The notes under the pieces are model-generated. The model worked only from the letters and a program-made list of their open reading frames with translations, was not told the origin of the DNA and made no database searches. DNA of 64,000 nt from Candidatus Zixiibacteriota bacterium (GTDB lineage Bacteria > Zixibacteria > MSB-5A5 > GN15 > JAAZOE01), in assembly GCA_043819555.1 (NCBI GenBank), contig JBDREQ010000073.1:64001-128000 (forward strand), in the 5' to 3' direction. The position numbers were made by a program, and so were the translations under genes. This document shows positions 26,887 through 37,037 of this stretch, in pieces. The first letter of the stretch is position 1, and every line of letters begins with the position of its first letter.

Positions 26887-28077
26887 ATGGGATATACAAG
26901 CGAAGCGTATATAGTGTCCGCCTGCCGCAGTGCGATCGGGACATTTTTAGGCGGTTTGTCTTCATTTTCAGCTACTCAATTGGGAGCTTTGGCAATTAAG
27001 GAAGCGGTTAACCGGGCCGAAATAGATCCCAATAAAGTAGATGAAGTGATTATGGGGCAGGTCGTTCAAGCTGGAGTTGGGCAGGCTCCCGCGAGACAGG
27101 CGGCTATCCACGCCGGAATTACACCCAAAGCCGGCGCACTGACTATTAATAAAGTCTGCGGGTCAGGACTAAAGGCGGTCATGCTGGCGGCTCAGGCAAT
27201 TCGTCTGGGCGACGCTAATTGCATTATTACCGGAGGGATGGAGTCAATGTCGGGAAGTCCTTATGTTCTTCACGGCGCCAAAGGCGGTTTGAAGTTCGGT
27301 GATAAAAAACTTCAGGACTCAATGGTACTTGATGGACTATGGTGTTCTTTCCAGAACTGGCACATGGGGAACGCCGCCGAATTGACCGCCGAGACTTCAA
27401 GTATCAGTCGAGAAGAACAGGATGAATATGCTTTTAATTCGCACAAGAAGGCTCTCGCCGCTCAAGGTGCAGGAAAATTCGATGCAGAGATTTTTCCAAT
27501 TGAGATTCCTCAGAGAAAAGGTGATCCGGTTATTTTCAAAAAGGATGAGTGCCCTCGTGCCAATATTTCGATAGAAGGTCTGGCGAAATTAAAGCCGGCT
27601 TTCCAAAAGGACGGTACGGTTACGGCAGGAAACGCGCCAGGACTCAATGATGGCAGTTCTGCGGTTGTGGTTGTATCTGAGAGCTATTTGAAAGAACACA
27701 AGCTGACACCGATGGCCAGGATTATCGATTATGGTACAGCTGGTGTCGAACCCAAAATGATATTTTACGCCCCGATTCACGCCGTTAACGATCTCTGCGC
27801 CAAAATGGGTGTGGATGTTAATCATTTTGATCTTATTGAGGCCAATGAAGCCTTTTCAGTTCAATGTCTTGCCGATGGGAAAAAAATCGGCTGGGATTGG
27901 GATAAGGTAAATGTTAATGGTGGTGCCGTGGCTTTGGGCCATCCCATTGGCGCTAGCGGATCCCGAGTATTGACAACGTTGTTATATGCTCTTAAGGATC
28001 ACGGCGGTAAAAAAGGTTTGGCGACTCTCTGTCTCGGCGGTGGTAATGCAGTGGCAATGGCAATTGAAATGATGTAA
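26887..28077 (+). CDS. atoB: Acetyl-CoA C-acetyltransferase (bacterial thiolase)
   Basis: NKVCGSG, NEAF, GHPIGASG, CLGGG. Confidence 0.92.
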   Translation: MGYTSEAYIVSACRSAIGTFLGGLSSFSATQLGALAIKEAVNRAEIDPNKVDEVIMGQVVQAGVGQAPARQAAIHAGITPKAGALTINKVCGSGLKAVMLAAQAIRLGDANCIITGGMESMSGSPYVLHGAKGGLKFGDKKLQDSMVLDGLWCSFQNWHMGNAAELTAETSSISREEQDEYAFNSHKKALAAQGAGKFDAEIFPIEIPQRKGDPVIFKKDECPRANISIEGLAKLKPAFQKDGTVTAGNAPGLNDGSSAVVVVSESYLKEHKLTPMARIIDYGTAGVEPKMIFYAPIHAVNDLCAKMGVDVNHFDLIEANEAFSVQCLADGKKIGWDWDKVNVNGGAVALGHPIGASGSRVLTTLLYALKDHGGKKGLATLCLGGGNAVAMAIEMM

Positions 28078-28102
28078 ATGATATTTCGGGAGGATATATA
28101 TA

Positions 28103-28963
28103 ATGACTGTTGATGATATTAAACAAATAACGGTAATCGGTGGTGGTACGATGGGCAACGGAATTTGCCACCATCTGGCCCAGTGCGGATATAATGTAAA
28201 CCTGGTTGATACGACCCAGACCTTTATCGATAGAGCCATGGCAACGATTACCAAGAATATGGATCGCCAGGTCAAGAAAGAAAAAATTACGGAAGATGAT
28301 AAGAACGCGGCTCTGGGAAGAATTAATCCGACGACTGATTTGAATGTCGCCCAGAATTCACAACTTATCATCGAGGCGATCTTTGAAGACCTTGAAGTCA
28401 AACTTAATTTATTCAAAGAACTTGATTCGATTTGCTCTGACGATGCGATTCTGGCATCAAATACTTCATCAATGCCGATTACCCAATTGGCCGGTGTGAC
28501 TAAACGTGCCGAAAAGGTCATCGGGATGCATTTCATGAATCCAGTTCCCATGATGAAGTTAATCGAGTTGATACGCGGCATTGCCACCAGCGATGAAACG
28601 TTCAATTTGATTAAGGAATTATCTGAAAAAATAAATAAAGTTCCGGTCGAGGTTCAGGATTATCCGGGCTTCGTCGCCAATCGAATCCTTTTACCGATGA
28701 TTAATGAAGCCGCATACGTACTCATGGAAGGCGTCGCAACGGCGGAAGGAATCGATACTGTTATGAAACTTGGGATGGCTCATCCAATGGGACCGTTGAC
28801 CCTGGCTGATTTTATCGGCCTTGATGTTTGCCTGGCTATATTGGAGGTTTTACATAATGGATTGGGTGATCCCAAATATCGCCCATGTCCTTTACTTAGA
28901 AAAATGGTTCAGGCCGGATATCTGGGACGAAAGACCGGTCGCGGATTTTATAACTACGAGTAA
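28103..28963 (+). CDS. hbd: 3-hydroxybutyryl-CoA dehydrogenase
   Basis: [48 protein letters not shown]. Confidence 0.92.
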   Translation: MTVDDIKQITVIGGGTMGNGICHHLAQCGYNVNLVDTTQTFIDRAMATITKNMDRQVKKEKITEDDKNAALGRINPTTDLNVAQNSQLIIEAIFEDLEVKLNLFKELDSICSDDAILASNTSSMPITQLAGVTKRAEKVIGMHFMNPVPMMKLIELIRGIATSDETFNLIKELSEKINKVPVEVQDYPGFVANRILLPMINEAAYVLMEGVATAEGIDTVMKLGMAHPMGPLTLADFIGLDVCLAILEVLHNGLGDPKYRPCPLLRKMVQAGYLGRKTGRGFYNYE

Positions 28964-28975
28964 GGAGTCCTTTGA

Positions 28976-30115
28976 ATGGATTTTAATCTCACCGAAGATG
29001 ATCTGATGATCAAGGAAGCGGCGGCTGAATTTGCGGCCAAACGCATTTATCCGAACGCTGAAAAATGGGATGAGGAAGGCAAAGTACCTCAGGAAGTTTT
29101 AGACGAACTGGCCGAATTGGGTTATTTCGGAATGATGTTGCCGGAAGAATATGGCGGTCTGGAGCTTCCATCGGTAACTTTTAACCTGGCCATGGAAGAG
29201 TTGGCAGCTGCATGCGCCGGTTTGACAATCATGGTATCGGTTCACAATTCGCTTTGTTGTGAAGCGGTTTATCGTTTCGGTTCCGATGAATTGAAAAAGA
29301 AATATTTGCCACAGATGGCGGCCGGCTCAATTGGCTCATATTGTCTGACTGAGCCTGATGCCGGTACCGATGCCGCTTCGATAAAAACATCTGCAGTTAA
29401 AAAGGGCGATAAATATATAATTAACGGCACCAAGACGTTTGTAACAAGCGGTGGATTGGCCGGTTTTTATATAGTTTTCGCGGTTACCAATCCGGAAAAA
29501 GGCTCTAAGGGAATATCCTGTTTTATTATTCCCAAAGGTACGCCCGGCGTAGGTCTTGGCGCTCCGGAAAAGAAGATGGGTATCAAAGTATCCGATACTC
29601 GTGAAATATCTTTTACGGATGTCGAAATTGATGCTGCCAATATGATAGGCGAAGAAGGCGCCGGATTCAAAACCGCAGTCATTCTTCTCAATAACGGCCG
29701 GATTGGCGTATCATTCCAGGCCCTTGGCATCGCACGCGCCGCTTATGAAGAGGCTCTCAAATACTCCAAAGAGAGAAAGCAATTTGGCCAGCCGATATGT
29801 AATTTTCAGGCGATTCAATTTAAACTGGCTGAAATGGCGACTAAGATTGATGCGGCCAAATTACTTGCCTTGAGGGCAGCTTCCATGAAAGATAATGGTC
29901 AGTTTATCGCTACCGAAGCGGCTATGTCAAAACTGGTTTGTTCGCAGACGGCGAATTGGGTTGCCAATGAAGCAGTTCAAATTCACGGTGGATATGGCTA
30001 TATGAAGGAATATCCGGTTGAGCGGTATTTTCGCGACGCTCGAGTTACTGAGATTTATGAAGGCACAAGCGAAGCTCAAAAAATAGTTATATCGCGCCAG
30101 TTACTTAAGGATTAA
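28976..30115 (+). CDS. Acyl-CoA dehydrogenase (short/branched chain)
   Basis: LTEPDAGTD, RKQFG, QIHGGYGY, EIYEGTSE. Confidence 0.92.
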   Translation: MDFNLTEDDLMIKEAAAEFAAKRIYPNAEKWDEEGKVPQEVLDELAELGYFGMMLPEEYGGLELPSVTFNLAMEELAAACAGLTIMVSVHNSLCCEAVYRFGSDELKKKYLPQMAAGSIGSYCLTEPDAGTDAASIKTSAVKKGDKYIINGTKTFVTSGGLAGFYIVFAVTNPEKGSKGISCFIIPKGTPGVGLGAPEKKMGIKVSDTREISFTDVEIDAANMIGEEGAGFKTAVILLNNGRIGVSFQALGIARAAYEEALKYSKERKQFGQPICNFQAIQFKLAEMATKIDAAKLLALRAASMKDNGQFIATEAAMSKLVCSQTANWVANEAVQIHGGYGYMKEYPVERYFRDARVTEIYEGTSEAQKIVISRQLLKD

Positions 30116-30117
30116 AT

Positions 30118-31269
30118 GTGTTATTAGATAAAAAACATCTTGAATTTAGAGAACGAATCAGGGCATTTTCACTGGAAAAGATAGCTCCCCATGCGGCCGA
30201 AATCGATGAAGAACAAAAATTCCGCATTGAAAGCCTTAAGGACCTATCGTCCGAGGGGCTTATGGGAATGGTGGTGGCCGATGAATACGGCGGTTCTTTA
30301 GTTGATACTGTGTCATATTCCATCGCGGTGGAAGAATTGTCGCGAGTTTGCGGTTCGACTGGAATTACAATAGCCGCTCATAATAGTCTTGGTTGTTTCC
30401 CAATTCATAAATTTGGCTCCGAGGAGCAAAAGAAGAAATATCTGCCACGAGGTACCGAGGGTGGTGAATTATTAGCCTTTGGTCTGACCGAACCCGAAGC
30501 AGGATCTGACGCCGGAGCCACGAGGACTACTTCAGTTAAAAACGAAGAGGGTTGGATAGTAAACGGTACTAAGTGCTTTATAACTTCGGCATCACATGCT
30601 TTTGCTTCAGTAATAACCGCTCGAACCTCGGATGACCCCGGAGTAAAGGGCATCTCCTCATTCATTCTTGAAAAAGAATGGAATGGATATGAAATTGGCA
30701 AAAAGGAAAATAAGCTGGGATTGAGAGGATCAGATACGGCCTTTATGCATTTTACAGATGTGAATGTGCCTCTCGAAAATCAGCTTGGCGAATTGGGTGA
30801 TGGTTTCAGGCAGTTTATGATTACGCTTGACGGCGGTAGAATATCTATCGGCGCTATGGCATTAGGATTGGCCCAGGGCGCATATGATTGCGCCGTTAAA
30901 TATGCAGCCGAAAAAACCATAAATGGAAAACCGATCGGGACAACTCAGGCGATTCAATGGAAACTGGCTGACATGGCAACTGAAATTGAAGCGGCGCGTT
31001 ACATGGTGTATGGGTCGTCAATGATGAAGGATGCCGGTATAGGCTTTTCAAAAGAATCGGCAATGGCCAAACTCTATGCTTCGGAAGTCGGACGGTGGGC
31101 TGCCGAGCAGGCTTTGGATATTTTAGGCGAAGTCGGAATTATAACCGGTAAGTATCCTGCCGAACGAATACTGCGGGATGTCAAACTTTGTGAAATCGGC
31201 GAGGGCACTTCGGAGATTCAGCGAATCGTTATCGCTCGTGATGTTTTAAAATCTGTTATGCCTAAATAA
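30118..31269 (+). CDS. Acyl-CoA dehydrogenase, second paralog
   Basis: LTEPEAGSDA, KLGLRGSDT, LDGGRISI, EIGEGTSEIQR. Confidence 0.9.
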   Translation: MLLDKKHLEFRERIRAFSLEKIAPHAAEIDEEQKFRIESLKDLSSEGLMGMVVADEYGGSLVDTVSYSIAVEELSRVCGSTGITIAAHNSLGCFPIHKFGSEEQKKKYLPRGTEGGELLAFGLTEPEAGSDAGATRTTSVKNEEGWIVNGTKCFITSASHAFASVITARTSDDPGVKGISSFILEKEWNGYEIGKKENKLGLRGSDTAFMHFTDVNVPLENQLGELGDGFRQFMITLDGGRISIGAMALGLAQGAYDCAVKYAAEKTINGKPIGTTQAIQWKLADMATEIEAARYMVYGSSMMKDAGIGFSKESAMAKLYASEVGRWAAEQALDILGEVGIITGKYPAERILRDVKLCEIGEGTSEIQRIVIARDVLKSVMPK

Positions 31270-31284
31270 TCTGGAGGATAGATT

Positions 31285-31857
31285 TTGAAAACGCATGATG
31301 CTGTATACTATAATCACTACGTTGGCGAAATGGCCTTTGGGCGGCAGCTAATATATATGCTGACATTCAATGTCCTGTTAATTGCTTCATCATATATTCA
31401 ACTCCCTCTACCGTTTTCACCAGTTCCGGTAACGGCACAGACTGCGGCCGTATTAGCTTGTGGTCTGTTCCTTGGTCCGCTTAGAGGAACTTTTACGGTT
31501 ATAGCCTATCTACTGGAAGGCTCGATGGGCTTACCGGTCTATGCGGGTGGCTCAGCCGGAATCGCCAAATTAATCGGCCCAACCGGAGGATATTTGATGG
31601 GATTCGCCGCGGCCTCGTTTGCTGTCGGCTGGATGTCCGAGAGAATTCAGTCAATAAGTTATTATAAACTCCTGGCGGTTTTGACTATCGGGACAATTGT
31701 TATTTTTATCCCCGGCGTATATATCGTATCGCTTTACGCGCCCGAAGGACAAGCTTTGATAATGGGGCTTTATCCATTTATCCCCGGAGCAATCGTCAAG
31801 ATTTTATTATTGGCCTCGGCGTTGGCAGCTTATAGAAGAATAAGAAAATCGCTGTAG
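31285..31857 (+). CDS. bioY: Biotin transporter BioY
   Basis: PVPVTAQT, YLLEG..GLPVYAGG, GPTGGYL.GF, PFIPG..VK. Confidence 0.9.
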   Translation: MKTHDAVYYNHYVGEMAFGRQLIYMLTFNVLLIASSYIQLPLPFSPVPVTAQTAAVLACGLFLGPLRGTFTVIAYLLEGSMGLPVYAGGSAGIAKLIGPTGGYLMGFAAASFAVGWMSERIQSISYYKLLAVLTIGTIVIFIPGVYIVSLYAPEGQALIMGLYPFIPGAIVKILLLASALAAYRRIRKSL

Positions 31858-31973
31858 ATTTTTTAAATTGTGTTTTTTGGCCCGGATAATTAAATTCGGG
31901 CTTTTTATTTATGGCAAAATTCCGATTCTGTATGTATAATGGCAAAAATTGAATATATTCCCGGAGGATTAAG

Positions 31974-33461
31974 TTGAGGAAAATAGTTTTAGCCGCCTTT
32001 ATTGGTATTTTTTCATTTTCTACGGTTTCTGCCCAGGTTTTGCAACGTGCGCCATCATTCTCTGAATACTGGCCCGCAGGCAAGAAAAAAATTTACAACT
32101 TCTTTGTCGATAGCGTTGAGGTGGGAAAACTTGATGCGACCAATGCAGGGATGGAGGACGGACTCTGGAAGATTGAGGAAAACCTATTTTTGAATTTTCT
32201 TAAAATTGGCATAAGTGATATCCGCATGACTGAGAATAAACTATATCTATTTCCCGATGGTCACGTCAATAATGTCAATATGTCTGTAATGAAGGATACC
32301 CTTTTTGAAACTACTGTCGCATATTTTGATTCGATTGAAAATAAAATTAACTTAACAATTAATGAAAATGATAGTTATAATTTTTACTCGCATGTTCCGG
32401 GCCCCGTATATTCCTGCGACGACAATATGTTTGATCAAATTGAAATAATTCTGGCGATGAATGATTTGAATCCGGCTGAAAATATCAAGGTTCCGATCTA
32501 TACTTTTAAAAGTCGATACTATGTGGATTATGAATTTGATGTGATCAGAAAAACAGCGATTCGATACGGGAATTTTGCTGATTCGGTTTGGGAAGTCAAA
32601 ATGCTCTATCCGGCCGATTTAACCGTCTTTATAAATGATAAACATGACCTGGTCAGGCTGGAGTATCCTAATCGTAATCTGGTATTTGAAATGGAACGCG
32701 ATGTTTTTGAAGATTCAGGCACGGCGCCTGTTTTTGAGGATGAGGGATTTATTACCAATCATATAAAAAGAATGCCGATTTATGGCGTCTATTTGCTTTG
32801 CGCATTTGTATGCGTGATGGCGTTTGGTCGAAAAGCCATGCATTTAAAGATCGCATACGTTTATTTTATTGCCGGCGGAATCATTTATTATTTCCTTGTA
32901 ATTTCTTTAAATCCGCTGCAGCAGGAATTTTCATTAAGATATCTTTTTCCGGCGATTCAGGCGCATGAAACGGTTTTCTTACCGGCCATTATTTCTTCAA
33001 TAATGGTTGGCATATTCCACACAACATTTAAACTAATACCTATGATAATTCACGTAACACTATTAAATAACAAGAAGATAAACGCACTATATGTTGGCGC
33101 GTTTATCGGCGCAGGTTTGGGATTTATCGAAGCATCATATAATACCGGCCCGTTATTTCAGGCAGGGATTTTGCCGGGGGCAACGATTATTGAAAAAGCA
33201 TTTACCATATTATTTCATACTGCTCTTGGTGTCTTATTGGGCTATGGGATTGCCCGAAGAAAAACCTGGCTGTTTTGGTTATATGTTGTGGTCATCCAAT
33301 CATTCGTAGTTTATCTCATTGTTTTCGTTCAATCAGGGATTCTTGAGAAAAAGACTCTGGCGATTATTATGGTCACTTATTATATTCTGACTGCAATCGC
33401 GGTTTTTTATCTACGGCTGAATTATTTAAAGCTATCCGATAAAAATAAAAGGATACGGTAG
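31974..33461 (+). CDS. Exported domain fused to a YhfC/PrsW-like multi-TM domain
   Basis: Signal peptide, soluble beta-rich region, then several TM segments with GAGLGFIEA and IEKAFTILFH motifs. Confidence 0.6.
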   Translation: MRKIVLAAFIGIFSFSTVSAQVLQRAPSFSEYWPAGKKKIYNFFVDSVEVGKLDATNAGMEDGLWKIEENLFLNFLKIGISDIRMTENKLYLFPDGHVNNVNMSVMKDTLFETTVAYFDSIENKINLTINENDSYNFYSHVPGPVYSCDDNMFDQIEIILAMNDLNPAENIKVPIYTFKSRYYVDYEFDVIRKTAIRYGNFADSVWEVKMLYPADLTVFINDKHDLVRLEYPNRNLVFEMERDVFEDSGTAPVFEDEGFITNHIKRMPIYGVYLLCAFVCVMAFGRKAMHLKIAYVYFIAGGIIYYFLVISLNPLQQEFSLRYLFPAIQAHETVFLPAIISSIMVGIFHTTFKLIPMIIHVTLLNNKKINALYVGAFIGAGLGFIEASYNTGPLFQAGILPGATIIEKAFTILFHTALGVLLGYGIARRKTWLFWLYVVVIQSFVVYLIVFVQSGILEKKTLAIIMVTYYILTAIAVFYLRLNYLKLSDKNKRIR

Positions 33462-33466
33462 AGGAT

Positions 33467-34423
33467 ATGTTATTCGCTGGAATTGATATCGGGGCCACAA
33501 ATATCAAGTATGGTTTAGTTGAATCCGGCGGAGAGATTAAATTCAGGGGCAAGACGATTACTCCCGGAAACGGTTTGCCCAATAAATTATTTGAAAAAAT
33601 AATATACTGCGCCGAGCAATTGTTGCTTGAAGCCGATGATGCGAATTTGTCTGTTGGTCACCTTGGAGTCGGATCTCCGGGAGCGATTAATATCAAAACC
33701 GGGGTTGTTGCCGGGTCATGTCCCAATATACCTGGCTGGGTCGGGTTCCATTTGCGTGACCGATTATCGGAACATTTAAATATTCCTGTATTTGTTGATA
33801 ATGACGCCAATTGCGCCGGTTTAGCTGAATTTCGATTCGGAGCCGGGCAGGGCTACAACAATATAATCTGTCTGACGGTTGGAACCGGAATTGGCGGAGG
33901 CATAATTTTGAATGGGGAAATATATCATGGCAGCAATTATTCCGCAGGAGAGATTGGTCATACCCGAATTATCATAGATAAATCAGGCGGATTCGAATCG
34001 GATATACTTGAGAGTTTAGTTTCTTCTCGCGCAATTTTAACGCGGGTGAAAAATGGTCTCGAATCTGAAATGACACCGGCATTTCAAAATATTTTGAATG
34101 GGGATATGTCGAGGCTCACAATCCGGAAGGTGTTTAGGGCTTTGAAAAAAGGAGATAAAATCGCCCATGACGTTATTAGTGATTCGGCGCGAATTTTAGG
34201 AGTAGCATTATCAGGAATTGTGAATTTATTGAATCCTGAAATAATTATAATTGGGGGAGGGGTTGCCGAAGGCGGATATGAATTTGTCGATAATGTCAGG
34301 GAAACAATTTTATCTGAATGTCTGCCAGTAGCCGCGGAAACATTAAATATCATGCCGGCTCAGCTGGGCAACGACGCCGGATTTATAGGTGCGGCATTCC
34401 TGGGTGAAGGCAAAAAAAAGTAG
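33467..34423 (+). CDS. ROK family sugar kinase (glucokinase-like)
   Basis: GIDIGAT, DNDANCAGLAE, GTGIGGG, AGEIGH, IIGGGV, GNDAGFIGAA. Confidence 0.9.
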   Translation: MLFAGIDIGATNIKYGLVESGGEIKFRGKTITPGNGLPNKLFEKIIYCAEQLLLEADDANLSVGHLGVGSPGAINIKTGVVAGSCPNIPGWVGFHLRDRLSEHLNIPVFVDNDANCAGLAEFRFGAGQGYNNIICLTVGTGIGGGIILNGEIYHGSNYSAGEIGHTRIIIDKSGGFESDILESLVSSRAILTRVKNGLESEMTPAFQNILNGDMSRLTIRKVFRALKKGDKIAHDVISDSARILGVALSGIVNLLNPEIIIIGGGVAEGGYEFVDNVRETILSECLPVAAETLNIMPAQLGNDAGFIGAAFLGEGKKK

Positions 34424-34449
34424 TAATTATAAATTCTTACGATTTGGAG

Positions 34450-34477
34450 TTGACAAGAGTTTTAGTTTTAATAAATT
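34450..34477 (+). promoter_or_regulatory. sigma70-type promoter of the tRNA pair
   Basis: TTGACA at 34450 and TAAATT at 34472. Confidence 0.5.
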
Positions 34478-34496
34478 GGCAAATCTAAATGCAGAT

Positions 34497-34569
<73 letters not shown>

Positions 34570-34586
34570 TTTTTTTCGCCCCATAA

Positions 34587-34659
34587 GCCACCGTAGCTCA
34601 GATGGTAGAGCAATTGATTCGTAATCAGTAGGTCAGCGGTTCGATCCCGCTCGGTGGCT
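34587..34659 (+). tRNA. tRNA-Thr (CGT)
   Basis: Cloverleaf: acceptor GCCACCG/CGGTGGC, anticodon arm ATTGA-TTCGTAA-TCAGT, TTCGATC T-loop; CCA not encoded. Confidence 0.95.
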
Positions 34660-34805
34660 CTTTATATTTCTTTATTAATCTGAATCAGTCATTAAATTAA
34701 GCATAATCCCGGCCCGAAATAATTTGACAATTGTTTTATTTGGCCTTATGTTGGGCATCTATGTTAATTTGATATTTTGTGTCTTTTGAGGAGGATATTC
34801 CCAAG

Positions 34806-36881
34806 ATGGCTATGACCACAGATAAGATTCGTAACATCGCATTGGTTGGACAACGCGGCGCCGGAAAATCGACTTTGGCCGAAGCGATGGCCTTTTCCGC
34901 TGGTGTGACCAACAGACTCGGCTCGACGGATGAGGGTACGACTATTTCCGATTATACCGATGAAGAGAAATCGAAGCAAACGTCTTTAAACTTATCCTTG
35001 ATAAATTGTCCCTGGAAAAACAATAAAATCAATATAGTGGACACGCCTGGCCACATGGATTTTGTAGGTGAGGTCCTCTCCGGATTGGCTGTCGTTGATA
35101 CGGCGATTATGGTGATCAATGCCGGCAGTGGGGTCGAAGTCGGGACTCTCCAGTATTTTGATTATCTTGAAAAGGCGAAAAAAGCAACGATATTTGCCAT
35201 AAACCGCCTCGATAAAGATAACAGTGATTTTAAACGGAATTTGACAGCCTTACAGGACGCGTTTGGCAATAAAGTGATTCCAATTCAAATGCCGATTGGG
35301 GCGGCGGATAAATTCTCGGCCGTTGTTGATTTGATCAAGATGAAAGCGATATCATTCGACGATAAGGGTAAGCAAACTCCGAGTGATATTCCTGAGGACA
35401 TTAAACCTGATTGTGAAGCGGCTCGTGAAAAACTAATGGAAGCGGTCGCGGAATCGAATGACGAACTTTTGGAAAAATTCTTTGAAGAAGGCGCTCTAAC
35501 GGATGAAGAATTTAAATCCGGTTTGAAGAAGGGAATTGCAACCGCTTCGATATATCCGGTTATTGCCTGTGCGGCTGTTGCCAATATAGGCGCATCATCG
35601 ATACTTGAACTGGCGGTTGAATATTTTCCGAATCCATCGGAAGTCGCCCCGGTAAAAGCCAAAAACGCCGGCAATGATGAGGAAGTGGAAATTGTCTGTT
35701 CTTCGGGGAATCCAGTTGCGGTATATGTTTTCAAGACGATAAGTGAACAGCATGTAGGTGATCTTTCTCTGGTCAAGGTTTTCTCCGGTAAAATTAATCC
35801 AGGTTTGGAATTGACTAATGTGCAGACCAGTTCTGAGCGGGTAGGCCAAATTTACGAATTAACGGGCAAAGAGCGTAAAGAAATCGATGGGGCCGAAGCG
35901 GGCGATATTGTTGCTTTAGTGAAGCTAAAAAATACTCATACGGGAAATTCACTGTGCGTTAAAAGTAAACAGTTTATATTGCCGGAACCGGATTATCCCG
36001 AGCCCGTCATGGATATGGCCATCAGGCCAAAAGCCAAAGGCGATGAAGAAAAAATGGGAATGGGACTAAATAAGCTTAATGAATCGGATCCGACCTTTAA
36101 GATTGTGCAAGACCCAGCTCTGAGGCAGACTTTGCTCTTCGGTCAGGGCGATGCACAGATTGATTTGCTGGTTGATAAACTAAAAACGCGCTTTGGCGTT
36201 GAGGTGGAGCTGGATCGTCCGAAAATTCCTTTTCGTGAAACTATTCGCAGCAAAACCGAGATCCAGGGCAAATATAAGAAACAATCAGGAGGGCGAGGAC
36301 AATATGGAGATTGCTGGCTCCGCCTGGAACCTAAACAGCGAGGCGAGGGATTCGAATTTGCAGACGAGGTTAAAGGTGGGGTCATTCCCGGAAAGTTTAT
36401 CCCTTCGGTCGAAAAAGGCGTGGTCGATGCGATGCAGGAAGGGTTACTCTGCGGGGCGCCGGTCGTTGATATCAGGATAGCGGTTTATTTCGGTTCTTAT
36501 CACACGGTTGATTCTTCTGATATGGCATTTAAGATGGCGGGAATAATGGCGTTTAAAAACGGCTATCCCAATTGCAAACCGGTAATTCTCGAACCAATCT
36601 ATAATGTCAGTATTTTTGTGCCTGAAGATTATACTGGTGATGTAATGGGCGATATTTCATCGCGGCGCGGCAAGATTATAGGAATGGATCCTCTGGGAAA
36701 GATGCAGAGGGTTCGGGCCAGCGTCCCTCAATCGGAATTATATAAATACTCTGTAGATTTGCGGTCAATGACACAGGGGCAGGGAGTTTATTCACGGGAA
36801 TTTTCTCATTATGAAGAAGTTCCCCTTGATATCGCGCAGAAATTGCAGGAGGAATATAAGGCGTCGAAAAATCAGGAATAG
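34806..36881 (+). CDS. fusA: Elongation factor G paralog (EF-G2-like)
   Basis: GQRGAGKS, DTPGHMDF, KKQSGGRGQYG, HTVDSSDMAF, LRSMTQG; outside the str operon; RBS GAGGAGG. Confidence 0.9.
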   Translation: MAMTTDKIRNIALVGQRGAGKSTLAEAMAFSAGVTNRLGSTDEGTTISDYTDEEKSKQTSLNLSLINCPWKNNKINIVDTPGHMDFVGEVLSGLAVVDTAIMVINAGSGVEVGTLQYFDYLEKAKKATIFAINRLDKDNSDFKRNLTALQDAFGNKVIPIQMPIGAADKFSAVVDLIKMKAISFDDKGKQTPSDIPEDIKPDCEAAREKLMEAVAESNDELLEKFFEEGALTDEEFKSGLKKGIATASIYPVIACAAVANIGASSILELAVEYFPNPSEVAPVKAKNAGNDEEVEIVCSSGNPVAVYVFKTISEQHVGDLSLVKVFSGKINPGLELTNVQTSSERVGQIYELTGKERKEIDGAEAGDIVALVKLKNTHTGNSLCVKSKQFILPEPDYPEPVMDMAIRPKAKGDEEKMGMGLNKLNESDPTFKIVQDPALRQTLLFGQGDAQIDLLVDKLKTRFGVEVELDRPKIPFRETIRSKTEIQGKYKKQSGGRGQYGDCWLRLEPKQRGEGFEFADEVKGGVIPGKFIPSVEKGVVDAMQEGLLCGAPVVDIRIAVYFGSYHTVDSSDMAFKMAGIMAFKNGYPNCKPVILEPIYNVSIFVPEDYTGDVMGDISSRRGKIIGMDPLGKMQRVRASVPQSELYKYSVDLRSMTQGQGVYSREFSHYEEVPLDIAQKLQEEYKASKNQE

Positions 36882-37037
36882 ATTTTGGGCAAATGGGAAT
36901 CGCTGCAAAAAAACAGGAGTGATTTCCAAGATTAATTGTTCTTTCTATTGACAAAGTTCGTCCTAAATTAAATATTATTGAGATTTAATCACCGGATGCG
37001 AGCAGCCGGTATAACCTTAACGAGGTAATGTAGGACA

